Position numbers and translations under genes: made by a program. Below the pieces are notes generated by a model. It was not told the DNA's origin. It saw nothing but the letters and a program-made list of their open reading frames with translations, and ran no database searches. From positions 57,129,418 to 57,193,417 of the forward strand of contig NC_068993.1 of assembly GCF_001194135.2 (NCBI RefSeq): 64,000 bases of DNA, read 5' to 3'. This stretch comes from Octopus bimaculoides (Eukaryota). Position 1 is the first letter of the stretch. Each line of letters starts with the position of its first letter. Below, piece by piece: positions 14,488 to 28,136 of the stretch.

Positions 14488-14680
14488 GAAAGACACCAAG
14501 TATTATGCTTAGCAGCATTTCGTCCGTGTTTACGTACTGATTTGAAATTCTGCCGAGGTCGACTTAGCTTTTCATCAATTCGAGGTCGATAAAATAAGTA
14601 CGAGTTCAGAACTGGGGTCGATGTAATCGACTTTCACCCTCTCCCCAAAAATTGCTGGCCTTGTACCAAAATTTGAATTC
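14488..14680 (+). mobile_element. SINE family A (5'-truncated)
   Basis: atgcttagcagcatttcgtccg...gaggtcgac...ggggtcgatgtaatcgac...aaattgctggccttgtaccaaaatttgaa. Confidence 0.85.
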
Positions 14681-14704
14681 CATTTTATGCTGGAAGATTA
14701 CTCA

Positions 14705-14915
14705 TTAACCTTAGTAGTATACCTGTTTTGTCTTTCAAATGTGTCAGTAATTTGACTACGGCCATCCTGGAGCACCGCCTTAACACAGTTTTCCTTTTGT
14801 AGTCAAAGAAACCGACTTATTCTTTGTAAGCGTAGTACTTATACGATTGGTCTATTTTGCCGAACCGCTAAGTTAGTGGAACGTAAACACCACAACATTG
14901 GTCGTCAACCGATGA
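14705..14915 (-). mobile_element. SINE family D, 3' half
   Basis: Reverse complement of ...ttagcggttcggcaaaa...gcttacaaagaataag...ggcggtgctccaggatggccgtagtcaaa, shared with copies at ~19.3 kb, ~20.1 kb and ~32.7 kb. Confidence 0.85.
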
Positions 14916-14927
14916 TATATATATATA

Positions 14928-15230
14928 TACGTGGTCTGATAAATAAGTATCCGAATTGTTGCCATACTAACGAAGTTAAAGTGCGTAGAGTGAAACCGCT
15001 AGGTACAAATTGACCTTGAACTCCGCTGTGCGTGCGTTTTAACGTTCCAGCTCAATTCTCCTGTTTTCAGCAGTGCTTGGGAGGAAGGTGTGTAGCGTGT
15101 GATCGTCGCATTAATCACGACAGAGAAAGTTGAGCAGAGAATCTGCATGAAATTTTGCAAAAACTTGGCGATATCAGTTAAGAGGTCTAAGCAAAGTTTT
15201 CAAAAGTTTTTCATCGTTCTGGACACATAC
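14928..15230 (+). mobile_element. Mariner element 5' end (TIR plus start of transposase)
   Basis: TA followed by cgtggtctgataaataagtatcc (TIR-like). Downstream TEKVEQRICMKFCKNL matches the mariner start EQR.CIKFC.KLG. Confidence 0.75.
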
Positions 15231-15460
15231 ATTTGCATTTAGAATATTATATGATTAAAATCTCATCAGGGTTAATTCACTTTGAAGGATTATTTGTTGT
15301 TTGATTGATGTATGTATATATGTATATATACACTTGTGTACACTAGTAAATATATAGTACTATATGTTATAAAAGAACAAAAACATAAAAAAAATACACG
15401 AAGAATACGTTTTCAAAAAGTTATGATTACTTTCACGATTGAAAAGGGAACAAGTGTAGT

Positions 15461-15493
15461 TGCTGTTTCGGACATAGAGTTCTTGATCAGAAA
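15461..15493 (-). ncRNA. Degenerate Penelope-type hammerhead motif
   Basis: Minus strand reads CTGATCA-a-gaac-tctat-gtcc-GAAAC-agc. G8 is mutated and stem II is imperfect. Confidence 0.35.
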
Positions 15494-15929
15494 GAAAAAG
15501 AAGAGGGAAAAAGGTAGTGGAATGGAGGAAAGAAAAGAAGAGTTAGCATTTAGGTAGGGATGAGTCTTAAAAAGAGGTAAAAAGACGGGGGATTAACGTG
15601 CTTATAAGGGAGATTATCTGTGTAAAGAGATGGGTTAGGGTATGAGTGAGCAGCGTGGGCTGCGGGTGGCTGACTGGAGTGGAGTCGATTAGATTAGGAT
15701 ATAAATGTTGTGAATGTGAGAAAGAGTTGTGTAAGATGAAAAAGGAGGTGGAAAATAGGGGACGAAAATAGTGAAGGAAGTGAGATAAAACCCTTAAAGC
15801 AGGTAGAAGGGGCAGGTTACAGAGTCAATGTAGCTATTTGAGTTTGTTTGTGTGTCTGTGTGTTTGAGCATATGTGTGCGTATTCATGTGTGTGTATTCA
15901 TGTGTGTGCATCTTCTCTTCTTGTCTCTT

Positions 15930-15994
15930 TCTCTCACTCTCTCTCTATCTGTTTATCTATCTGTCTATCTATGTATATATTTATCTGTCAGTGC

Positions 15995-16035
<41 letters not shown>

Positions 16036-16103
16036 GTCTATTTATCTATCTACCTGTGTGTCTGTCTGCCTGCCTGCCTACGTGTATATACGTATACATG
16101 CAT

Positions 16104-16136
<33 letters not shown>

Positions 16137-16140
16137 GCGC
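15930..16140. repeat. (CT)n/(ATCT)n/(CA)n microsatellites
   Basis: Seen directly. Confidence 0.9.
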
Positions 16141-16607
16141 GCGCACACATTTAACGTCTGCATTCGTTGTCAACGCACCAAAATTACATTCACTGATAAT
16201 ATCGTAAAAAGGAAGAAAACAAATAAAAACGAAAAAACAAAAAAAAAAAACTAAATAATTCTGATTCATGAAACAATTTATTATCATTTCTGATATTCTA
16301 GGAAAATAATTAAACGAGATAATCTGAAAGATTATTATTTCCAATTTCTCATGAAGTGGTGCAGAATTAGTTAATACTTGGTAATTAAGTTGTTCTATTT
16401 GTGTTTTCGTGTAAGAATTCGTAACTTTTAATGGTTCCGCTTTTTACAATATTTCTCTTTTTGAATCTCATTAAAAGAAGATACCAACTAAAACGGAAAC
16501 AGAACAAACAGGAATCTCATAAGTGGCAGAGGAATTTAGCTAATTATTTGTACACTAAAGAACTAATTACTAATTGATTGTATACTAAAGAACTATAATT
16601 GTTGTTG

Positions 16608-17225
16608 TTATCCTCTCAGGGTCGATAAAACGAGTACCAGTGGAAGAATGGGGTCGATGTGATCGACATGTCCCCTTCCCAATTTTGCTGGCCTTGTGCC
16701 AAAATCTGAGAGCATCATTAATATCATTGTTATTGATGTCATTGTTATCACAATCATCGTAATTATTATTAGTGAAGGTGCGCTGCCAGACTTGTTAGCA
16801 CGCCGGCTGAAATGCTTAGCGGTATTTCGTCCTGCGATCAAATTCCGTCGAGGTTGACTTTGCCTTTCATCCTTTCGGGGTCGATAAATTAGGTACCAGT
16901 TGCGTACTGGAGTCGATCTAATCGACTGGTCACCTCCCCCAAAACTTCGGGCCTTGTGCCAAGAGTACAAAAGAATATCATTGTTGTTGATGTCATTGTT
17001 ATCACAATCATCGTTATTATTATTATTGAAGGTGCGCTGCCAGACTCGTTACCACGCCGGCCGAAATGCTTAGCGGTATTTCGTCCGTCCTTACATTCTG
17101 AGTCCAAATTCCGCTGTAGATGACTTTGCCTTTCATCCTTTTCCGGTGGATAAAATAAGTACCAGCCAAGCACCGGGGCCAATGTAACCGACTAACCCCC
17201 TGCTCCACATTTCAGGCCTTGTGCG
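16608..17225 (+). mobile_element. Three tandem SINE-A copies separated by a duplicated linker
   Basis: A 3' half at 16608-16705 and copies at ~16773-16975 and ~17027-17225. The linker atatcattgt(t/tg)attgatgtcattgttatcacaatcatcgt occurs at 16721 and 16975. Confidence 0.9.
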
Positions 17226-17231
17226 TTATCA

Positions 17232-17550
17232 TGTACATTGTCTTGTTTTGGTATAAAAAGATGGGCTACAGCAAATATTCTGCTTAATGCCAAAGATTTG
17301 CTTGTCAGTTGTTTGACCTTAACCAGTTGAGCACGTCCCTTGGTGGCTGACGACATGTGCATCTCATATCACGAGCAAAAGTAGTGGGGGAGCATCATAG
17401 CCATGTGTTGAGAGGAATTATTTGGGGTTTGAATAATTCACCTCTGGAAACATGGGTGTTTTGTTCATCATCCTTAAACAAACCTTATTCAGGGACCTTT
17501 TGAGTAGCATGGGTTACTCGACATGAGGAAAATTTTAACTGGGCCCCCAC
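17232..17550 (-). repeat. Interspersed repeat fragment (family not determined)
   Basis: Higher-GC non-coding block that I recall as a common octopus repeat. There is no second copy in the window to confirm it. Confidence 0.4.
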
Positions 17551-17699
17551 CTTCAAGATTTGAGATCACTATGTGGTGCACAAATTGTTGTAATGCATGT
17601 TCTTGGTGTACCCTTATCAGACGGGTAGTCATGATGGGTATACTGGGCTTTGTATATTTTACCCCAGTGTCACTTTGATGGCATGCACTGCTCTCTCAC

Positions 17700-17804
<105 letters not shown>

Positions 17805-18039
17805 GTAATCTTAACACGATGAACATGAATATGTAGAATTTAAGATGGTAGAAAATGAAGGGAGAAAAGGAGAATAAACGGAGGAAAACGGAGATGAGAT
17901 GACAAGTGTGAAGAGGTAGAAATGGAAAGGAAGTGAGGAAGGAAGAAAAGAAGGAACTCATAAATAATAATAGAAAAAAAGAACAATTCCTCTTATATTC
18001 AAAATAATTGAATATAAATAGATAAATTACAAGCTTCTT

Positions 18040-18330
18040 CGATAAGGCTGACCAAATTTTGATTTCCTTTCATGTGCAATGTCGGCGTATTTCAGAAGCA
18101 TAATAAATTTCCTTGTCTTTGCACGTAATCTATGTCTTGCTGTGAAAATTTGATCGGATTAAAATCGATATTAAGCAGACTAAATCATCAGCTACGGGAA
18201 CGAATTAGGATTGTTAAGTTTCTCATAACTTCTTCAAGTTTACTTTGTAACATTACTTCATTATTGAAGCAATCCAGACGTTGGTGTACATTAGTGTTGG
18301 ATAATAATAACCAATATTTTCAGGAAAATA
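18040..18330 (-). mobile_element. Possible decayed Penelope-like ORF fragment
   Basis: Only weak frameshifted similarity (LEEVMRNLTILIRSR; ITCK...; FGQ) to the RT-to-GIY-YIG linker region. It lies next to the hammerhead relic at 18370. Confidence 0.25.
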
Positions 18331-18369
18331 TTCAAAAGGTATATGCTAAAAAAAAATGTATCCTTGTGC

Positions 18370-18406
18370 TGTTTTGATGAAGATATGCTATACGAAACGT
18401 CGAACA
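18370..18406 (+). ncRNA. Degenerate Penelope-type hammerhead motif
   Basis: tgttt-TGATGA-ag-atatgctata-c-GAAAC-GTC-gaaca. Stem I tgttt/gaaca pairs and the ACGU palindromic stem III and GUC site are present, but C3 is missing and stem II is broken. Confidence 0.45.
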
Positions 18407-19044
18407 TTCTTCTTGTTCATACAACGTAAAATTAATTACCTTGCTCTCATATTTTTCTTCTGTTTGTTCTTTCAAGCCAGACACTTTTTATTTGTTATGA
18501 CTGTAACCATAACGTATTTTTGAAAGTCTTCCGAGATTTAGAACGAACAAATTACTACTCATTGAGCTTCCTCTGAGCGGTGACCAGAGTGTAGGCACTA
18601 GTAACAGAACTGAGATCTCTAAGGGCATTTATATTGTATGACTTTTTTGCTATTTGTATGTACATCCTCATTCAACAACCTTATTTCCAAAGGTGTATGG
18701 TGAACGTTATTCAACATCAAAAGCTTTAGAAGTTAACAAAACATTTAATATATATCACACGGCTTATAAGCAGCATAATACCTTTATTGACATGTGTAAG
18801 ATGATACAGAGACATATGTTGGTAATATGAAGAATGAATCCACATCGGACTTTCTGCGAATCAGATTCCGTGGGGGTACTGATTCGATTGAATTTTGAGT
18901 TGAATATTAGAATCGTTATAAATTGTAGGTTAGAATTTTTCGGTCTGTTAGTCTCATCTGTAGTGATGAAGAGGTTTTATTTAATATTTTGGATTCACGG
19001 AACTTTTATATTAGTTTGAAATCTAATGGCCATTAAGCCTAATA

Positions 19045-19415
19045 TTCGTGGAAGCGTACGTACCAGACTCGATCACACGAGGCTATGTGTTTAAAGATTC
19101 TGCGTCTGCAATTACGTGGTTTTGTGTTCAGTTATAGGGCACAGTACATAGTACAAGTGGCTTCTACTACAGCTGTAGACCGACGAAAAACCTTATGAGT
19201 GAATGTTTTTGACGGAAGTGTACGGAAGTGTACGGAAGCTCACGCATGTGCGTGTTTATGTTTCTCACCCACAGTTTGTTAACAGGTGTTTGTTTGTTTA
19301 TATCCCCATAATTTTAAACAATAATTACTGGGGACAAATTTTTCACCTAAGCCCTTCAAGGATGTGCCCCAGCATAGCCACAGCCTTATGATTGAAACAA
19401 CAAGAAGAGAACAGA
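19045..19415 (+). mobile_element. SINE family D (diverged)
   Basis: gtggcttctactacagc...ccttatgagtg...gacggaa...ggatgtgccccagcatagccacagcc...tgattgaaacaa matches other family D copies. Confidence 0.7.
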
Positions 19416-19902
19416 TGAAAGAAGCTAGAAGTATTAATGCTATAATCCATTAAACCCTTGACACATGAGTAAAGATTACACATTATCTTGAATTTAAAAC
19501 ACTTGTAATTCAGCAATGTTGTTCATAATCTTCACGGTTCTCTTATTTTGATTTAAAGAGATTTAAATGATAATCAAAATGAAGATAATGAAGTCCTTCA
19601 ACTGAATTAAAGTTTTAAGGTTAATCAATGATGTGTTACTATAACTTTAAATACGCTTACATTCACAAAAACGCGACAGAAGGGAAAATGGAACTTTGGC
19701 ACAGAACCTTCTGGAATTAGCAACACAAATGAGCCCTGATTACACATATTGCTTTCTTAACGTACCGAATACGTTTTAGAAAATGTGGTCCTAGGTGGAT
19801 GATGTCTACACAATATAGACAAGATGTTTCTGACTAGTATATCATTCGCGTTTGGGCGGGACACAGTGAGGTAAGAAAAGAATCTTCATAAAAGGTATTG
19901 GA

Positions 19903-20115
19903 AGGCGTCGCGTGGGTGTGTGGTAAACAGTTTGTATCCCAACCACATGGCTCCAGGTTCAGTCCCAAAAGTGGCAGCTTGGGCACATGTCTTCTACTAT
20001 AGCCTCAGTTCAACTTATACCTTATGAGTTGTTTTACTGGGGTCAAATTATCGAGATAGAAATTCCCTCGAGGCCATGCTCCGATATGGCCGCCGTCTAA
20101 AAGTGAAAGAGATGG
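19903..20115 (+). mobile_element. SINE family D (internally deleted)
   Basis: tRNA-like head gcgtgggtgtgtggtaaacagtttgtatcccaaccacatggctccaggttcagtccc and tail gaggccatgctccgatatggccg. Confidence 0.75.
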
Positions 20116-20695
20116 TTCTCATTGTGTTTATTCTGGGACTAAACATATTAGTTAATAAACTTTTTTTCTTTCTAATTATTAAGCCAGAGAGAGTGTTCAC
20201 CAAAGGTATATGAATAATTGGTATTTCNNNNNNNNNNNNNNNNNNNNNNNNNNNNNNNNNNNNNNNNNNNNNNNNNNNNNNNNNNNNNNNNNNNNNNNNN
20301 NNNNNNNNNNNNNNNNNNNNNNNNNNNNNNNNNNNNNNNNNNNNNNNNNNNNNNNNNNNNNNNNNNNNNNNNNNNNNNNNNNNNNNNNNNNNNNNNNNNN
20401 NNNNNNNNNNNNNNNNNNNNNNNNNNNNNNNNNNNNNNNNNNNNNNNNNNNNNNNNNNNNNNNNNNNNNNNNNNNNNNNNNNNNNNNNNNNNNNNNNNNN
20501 NNNNNNNNNNNNNNNNNNNNNNNNNNNNNNNNNNNNNNNNNNNNNNNNNNNNNNNNNNNNNNNNNNNNNNNNNNNNNNNNNNNNNNNNNNNNNNNNNNNN
20601 NNNNNNNNNNNNNNNNNNNNNNNNNNNNNNNNNNNNNNNNNNNNNNNNNNNNNNNNNNNNNNNNNNNNNNNNNNNNNNNNNNNNNNNNNNATATA

Positions 20696-20729
<34 letters not shown>

Positions 20730-21242
20730 GGTATATATGTATATTACGTATATACATTATATACATATATGCATATATATACATTATACATAATATATAT
20801 ATGACATATATACATATATACAGATATATACATACATGTTTACGTTTGTATATATATATATGTCCATATGAGTGTGTTTGTGTCTGTGCATGTGTGTGTG
20901 TGTGGGTGTGATATGAAATAATAAGTAATAGTTACCTCTAGTTTCATGGTTAGACTGAAATGACAAATAAATGCTTCCCTTGATAGGCGGCTGGTCATAG
21001 CAAAGTAAATTTCCCAAATGACCCGATCGCTATTTTCCAGCAACTCTCCATGAACTGGGTAAACATAAAAAAAGCAATGAAACTCCACAGTGTATTCAAG
21101 TCTACCAAATATCAGTGGTTAATATGTATAAGAACAAAATCTACCTTGTTTTTTCTGTCTGTCTGTCTCGCTCGCTCTTCTATAGCTCCACGTCACCTCA
21201 ACGACTACGGTTCGCCTTCTTCCCCTCTGCCTTTATAACAAG

Positions 21243-21760
<518 letters not shown>

Positions 21761-22379
21761 TTGTATAGTTGCTAACGAACGTAGTTTGTACAACTTCAGT
21801 TCATTTGGGGGAGATATTTAATCAATGATAGTACATGACAACTGAACGGTTATTCGGTGTCATGAATTCATGTGAATTCTATGAAGTAAATCTATGTCAA
21901 TTAAATAAACGAGATGAATGAACATCAAATACAGCTTAAATGATATGTGTGTATGAATGTATATATACATAATATCGTACACTAACAAATATCCCTTGTG
22001 CTCTTTTACATTTTCATTTAGAAATCTGATTGGGAACCCTAGTTAGACGCTGCCTTAAATAGTTTAACTGTCAAAAGGACGCCAGCATCTTTAGTGTATT
22101 TTAAAGTCAGAACCTTGCATTTTCGCTAGCTCTTCTTTTGCAGTTCACGTTATGGGGACACGTAGAAGTCCAGACATGTCAACTACAAACACGAAATTAA
22201 ACCAGTACAGATTTAGGTGAAGAAATTTTGCACTAATCTTGTCGAAAAATTACTCACACGTTCATTGGATAAGCCGGGATTACAGAAGAGATACCTGTCT
22301 GATATATTGGGTAATGGTACTTAATTCTAAAGCACATGGTTGCTATTGGAATTCCTTAACATTACAGCCCTACTTACGC

Positions 22380-22436
<57 letters not shown>

Positions 22437-22449
22437 CATCTATCCATCC

Positions 22450-22537
<88 letters not shown>
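22380..22537. repeat. (TATC)n microsatellite
   Basis: Seen directly. Confidence 0.95.
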
Positions 22538-23879
22538 CAGTGTATGTGTACATACGCACACACTCTCTCTATCGCTCTCTCACACACACACACTCTCTCT
22601 CTTACACACACACGCATAAAACTTTGTTTTTAAAAGAAATTATATATAAAATAATTTAACATTAAACTGAAAGGGAACACAATACATTCTTAATACAGTT
22701 CAAAATGTATTATTCTTAACCTGGAAAATATTAACGGTGAATTTCATCATTTAAGATCGATAAATATTTTACCAGACCCGATAAATATTTTACCAGAAAT
22801 GTCTAGGCATCGGACGAGATGCGATGTCCCATCTTTTTCAGCTTTCAATGTTTTGACAAAATGCTTGTAACGACTGCTTCGTTACTGGACCTTTATATGC
22901 TGGAAAATTGCAACCTTTTATTACTATATCTTCTCTTTCAAGAGGCAATTTCTAAGTGTTTATTCATGGTCCTAAGAGACATGCTAGGACCCGCATCAAG
23001 TAGTCGCGTATTTTGGAACAATAAAAGTGGGGAACAGAAATGTATTTAAACAAAAAAAAAAGAAAACAACAACTTTTTCTGGTTCCCAAAGTAATTTATC
23101 AGAGAAATTTATTGTGCAAAACTGTAAACAAATCAACACAAATTTCGAATCAACAACCAAATGTCTTTTCTGAAACATTAGTGGGGTTAATTTACTTGTC
23201 TAAGTGTAGCAACCGAATGTCTATAATTGAATACGTCAACATACAACATTTTGTTTTTGGTATTATGACCAACAGAAGAAGTATATATNNNNNNNNNNNN
23301 NNNNNNNNNNNNNNNNNNNNNNNNNNNNNNNNNNNNNNNNNNNNNNNNNNNNNNNNNNNNNNNNNNNNNNNNNNNNNNNNNNNNNNNNNNNNNNNNNNNN
23401 NNNNNNNNNNNNNNNNNNNNNNNNNNNNNNNNNNNNNNNNNNNNNNNNNNNGTGTCCTAATAATATTGAAATAGAAATACACAGGAAAAAAATAATAAAA
23501 AAACCTCAGGCAAATAAGAAGAAAAAAGTATAAAAACAAAGTCCCTCTAAATACGCAAAATACAGAAACATTATTAAAGTTTTCTATAATTATGACCGTA
23601 CGATCTAAAAAGCTGAGAGCATAATAATGTTTTCGAATAATTCAACGAAGCGCGAACCGAGTCAAATGTTTGATCAAAGTTAATGATGGTGTTTTCTTTA
23701 TATTCATTTCGTCATTCTTCTTTCTTCCTTTCCTTTTTTTCTTTTTACTTGATGTTTACCATTGTCATGCGGTTCGTTGAATTCGTAAATTACATTAGCT
23801 TAGAGGAAACAAACGTATTATACTATATACATACATATGTAACATATAAATAGACACACACACTTGTGGGTATATATGT

Positions 23880-24112
<233 letters not shown>

Positions 24113-24458
24113 TATATTCATTTAGAAGCCGCTGAGCTTGATTACCCAGAAGACTAGCTATTATCGTTATTATCATTATTATTGCCATTAATACTACTAC
24201 TACTACTACTACAATTGCTACTGCTATTAATGATAATAATAACAACTGTATAATTGCGCGCATTACGGCGTAGAAACGAACTATTGAAGCTTTCTCGAAA
24301 TAGGATTATAAATTTCAATGTAGATGTGCAGACGTTGACGATATCGATTTGAAGTTTTCCAATATTTGGTGACGCCAGGTTCTACTAATGATTCTATTGT
24401 AATCATTACGGCTTCTGTTGTGCTTATTTCTCGTTTCGGGGCGGCGTTGGGTTGGTAC

Positions 24459-25382
24459 TCACTGAGATATGCGGGGTAACTGCAGTGGTGGAAGTTGCAA
24501 TGGCTGTTTGGCCATACCATAACTGCTGCTGCTACCGACACTCCTGTCGTGGCTTCTACTGATAATTTCTTTGCTGCTACTGATACTCCTGCTGGTGCTG
24601 CTGATATTCTTGCTGCTTCCACTGGTACTCCTGCTGCTGCTACCGACACTCCTGCCACTGCTGCTACTTATAATTTCGGTGCTGCTACTGATACTCCTGC
24701 TGTTGCTACTACTGATACTCCTCCTGCTGCTACTGATACTCCTGTTGCTACAACTACTGATACTCCTCCTGCTGCCACTGATAGTCCTCCTGCTGCTAGT
24801 GATACTCCTCCTGCTGCCACTGATAGTCCTCCTGCTACTACTGATACTCCTCCTGCTGCTACTGATACTCCTGCTGTTGCTACTACTGATACTCCTCCTG
24901 CTGCTACTGATACTCCTGTTGCTGCTACTATTGATACTCCTTCTGCTGCTACTGCTACTCCTGTTGCTGCTACTACTGATACTCCTCCTGCTGCCACTGA
25001 TACTCCTCCTGCTGCCACTGATAGTCCTCCTGCTGCTAGTGATACTCCTCCTGCTGCCACTGATAGTCCTCCTGCTACTACTGATACTCCTCCTGCTGCT
25101 ACTGATACTCCTGCTGTTGCTACTACTGATACTCCTCCTGCTGCTACTGATACTCCTGTTGCTGCTACTATTGATACTCCTTCTGCTGCTACTGATACTC
25201 CTGTTGCTGCAACTACTGATACTCCTCCTGCTGCCACTGATACTCCTCCTGCTGCCACTGATAGTCCTCCTGCTACTACTGATACTCCTCCTGCTGCCAC
25301 TGATACTCCTCTTGCTGCTACTGATACTCCTCCTGCTGCTACTGATACTCCTGCTGTTGCTACTACTATACTCCTCCTGCTG
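24459..25382 (-). CDS. Candidate Ser/Arg-rich low-complexity exon (the opposite strand gives a Thr/Pro/Ala/Asp mucin-like ORF)
   Basis: Stop-free for ~306 codons (SSRRSISSS...), ending in the non-repetitive SVGSSSSYGMAKQPLQLPPLQLPRIS and then a ca|gtgagt donor or TGA. There is no upstream ATG in this frame. Confidence 0.3.
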   Translation of the reverse strand, partial: QQEEYSSSNSRSISSSRRSISSSKRSISGSRRSISSSRRTISGSRRSISGSRRSISSCSNRSISSSRRSINSSSNRSISSSRRSISSSNSRSISSSRRSISSSRRTISGSRRSITSSRRTISGSRRSISGSRRSISSSSNRSSSSSRRSINSSSNRSISSSRRSISSSNSRSISSSRRSISSSRRTISGSRRSITSSRRTISGSRRSISSCSNRSISSSRRSISSSNSRSISSSTEIISSSSGRSVGSSSRSTSGSSKNISSTSRSISSSKEIISRSHDRSVGSSSSYGMAKQPLQLPPLQLPRISQ

Positions 25383-25570
25383 CTACTGATACTCCTCTTG
25401 CTGCTACTGATACACCTCCTGCTGCTACTGATACTCCTGCTGTTGCTGCTACTGATACTCCTTCTGCTGCTACTGATACTCCTGCTGTTGCTACTACTAT
25501 ACTCCTCCTGCTGCTACTGATACTCCTGTTGCTGCTACTACTGATATGACACTCCTACTGCCGCTACTGA
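24520..25570. repeat. Minisatellite of 21-27-bp units (gctactgatactcctcct) with a 240-bp higher-order duplication
   Basis: Units are multiples of 3. Bases 24781-24960 recur at 25021-25200 with one substitution. Confidence 0.95.
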
Positions 25571-25597
25571 CCTCGTATAAACATCTGAAACTGTTGA

Positions 25598-26010
25598 AAG
25601 GTGCGAGCTGGCAGAATCATTACTGCACCGAACAAAATGGTTGACGTTCTGAGTTCAAATTCCGCTGGGTTCGACTTTGCTATTCATTCTTTCGTGCTAG
25701 GTAAATGAAGTACAATTTGAGCAATCGAGGCGATGCAATCGCCTATCTTCTTCCCTAACGTTTCAGGTTTTGTCGCAATCGTACAGTACAAATGATTATT
25801 ATTATCACTTTTAGGGCTGTAGACTGGCAAAATCATTTAAGGGTTCGGCAAAATGACTTGGGCTATTAGGTCCTACTTTTATCCAATAAAATCAAATTCC
25901 GCAGGCATCAATTTTGCTTTTAATCTTTTCAATGAAATAAAATAGCTACCAGGTAATGGCGCTGATGAAATCGATTACTGACCACTTCCTCAAAACTTCT
26001 TGTCAGGTGC
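25598..26010 (+). mobile_element. Two degenerate SINE-A copies
   Basis: Heads aaggtgcgagctggcagaatc (25598) and ggctgtagactggcaaaatc (~25825), with B-box and central-domain remnants. Confidence 0.7.
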
Positions 26011-26695
26011 CTTATATAAAAAAACAATTCTTCTTCTTCTTCTTCTTCTTCTTCTTCTTCTTTGTTGACGTACCAAACGTATTTTTATATTCCTCACTAT
26101 AAGAAGAAAAGGATTTTACCAGATGAAACACACTCGATGAATAGATATATTTTTTTCTTTTACCAAAAATGCCAGCATATAGACACCTTCATATAATTTA
26201 CAGTCGCCCCTTACAAGAGGAGACAAAAGAGGGAGTAAGAGTTTTTCTTAAGGAAATTTTATTTTCCCCTTACATTATCGACAAAACGTGTCGACGAACA
26301 TTTCATGCTACGACTCCAAATATAAAACCACAACTGTACACAGTTAAAAAAAAAGAACAAAAAAGAAAACGTGATGCCTGCTGAATAAACTCAGCGATCG
26401 AGCTGTTGGTAAAATCCTTTGTTAAGGTTAAGCTTTAACGCCTAAGAAGTGCTGTAGTGCAGCCGGGAGTCTAAAGTGCCGTTTCTCTCTCACAACCCAA
26501 AGCGCAAGGCTGAAGTCGATCCCCAACCAATGGTAGAAGAAGACTCGAAGAGTCGAAGACTGGAGTCTTTAGGAGACGAACACCTTAACCACATCACTGT
26601 ATCTGTGATTAGCGGAGCAGATAAATACTGACAACGTTAAGTGTTAAAACGATTTAACAGCATGATATAAGGAAATGCATAGATACATACACAGA

Positions 26696-26770
<75 letters not shown>

Positions 26771-26887
26771 NNNNNNNNNNNNNNNNNNNNNNNNNNNNNN
26801 NNNNNNNNNNNNNNNNNNNNNNNNNNNNNNNNNNNNNNNNNNNNNNNNNNNNNNNNNNNNNNNNNNNNNNNNNNNNNNNNNNNNNNN

Positions 26888-26944
<57 letters not shown>
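26696..26944. repeat. (GA)n microsatellite spanning an assembly gap
   Basis: Seen directly. Confidence 0.95.
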
Positions 26945-26947
<3 letters not shown>

Positions 26948-27359
26948 AATACATATCCACTAACACCATGAATATATATATATATAAATAGTTTTAAGCA
27001 GGTGTGTGTGTAATCGTGCTTGTATGTGGCTGTCTAATATATGTATGTATGTATGTATGTATGTATCCACATATGTATATATTAGCAGTCAGAGATATCT
27101 ATCATCTTAAGTAAATATGGGGTAGGCTTAGAAGAGGGCGGAATTGCCATATGTGTCAATAGAATGTTTAAATGTTTAAATACGATCATGTCACATTTTG
27201 CGTTATCTGACAACTTGTAGGAGAGGCCGCTCATGAAATGATAAAGCAATCTTTACTTTAAACACACATGATTCCTCTCTCTCTCTCACTTTACTTATAT
27301 GTTTGTATAAATATGTGTGTATATATAAATATATATGTATATATATGTATATATATGCA

Positions 27360-27401
<42 letters not shown>

Positions 27402-27636
27402 TATGTTTGTATAAATGTATATATTTATTTGATTATTTATACATTCTTAATATGTAAAAACAAGCAGCATTAATTCAAATAGGACATAATACACGTTGTC
27501 GAGTGTAATATTTATTTCTTTTTCAACTTATATTTTCCTGGAATTTCGAAATATTGACGACAAAGCTTATTCGACAGACATTTTTGAGTTATAGCAAAAT
27601 CTGTGTCTGTGTGGGCACATCTGTCTNNNNNNNNNN

Positions 27637-27681
<45 letters not shown>

Positions 27682-28136
27682 CAATTTGAGTAAAATGTAA
27701 GCAACGTTCTGAATCATGAAGAATTTGTACCGGATTTTTGCAGTGTTTTGAATATTTTTTAAACATTTTTTAATGCAATTGTCTGATAATACAGACATAA
27801 ACTTGCATAAGTGCAACAATAAAGTAACATGATATTTTTCACCGTTTTTACAACCATCTGTGACTGAGTCAATTGTGAATTTTGTTTGTGCGAAAGGTTA
27901 GTCAACATCCATTGACAAGGCTGCAAAAGCAACAAACATTTTTGAAGAATAAATATAAATAATAAATGAGTGGAAATCAACCGGTGAGTATGTTAGATAA
28001 TAAGGCATTAAGACAAAATGCCTCTCCCCAGACACAACACACACTATATATATATATATATATATGCGTGTGTGTGTGGTGTGTGTATTTGTGCGTGTGT
28101 GTATGTATATATGTGTGTGATTTAGTAATTTATTAC

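Noticed and set aside
19212-19240. 3 x acggaagtgt ETS-like sites
   Set aside because: A slippage duplication inside a SINE-D copy.
24571-25389. Poly-Leu and VAAGGVS ORFs as membrane or silk-like proteins
   Set aside because: They are alternative frames of the same minisatellite and do not continue into sensible unique flanks.
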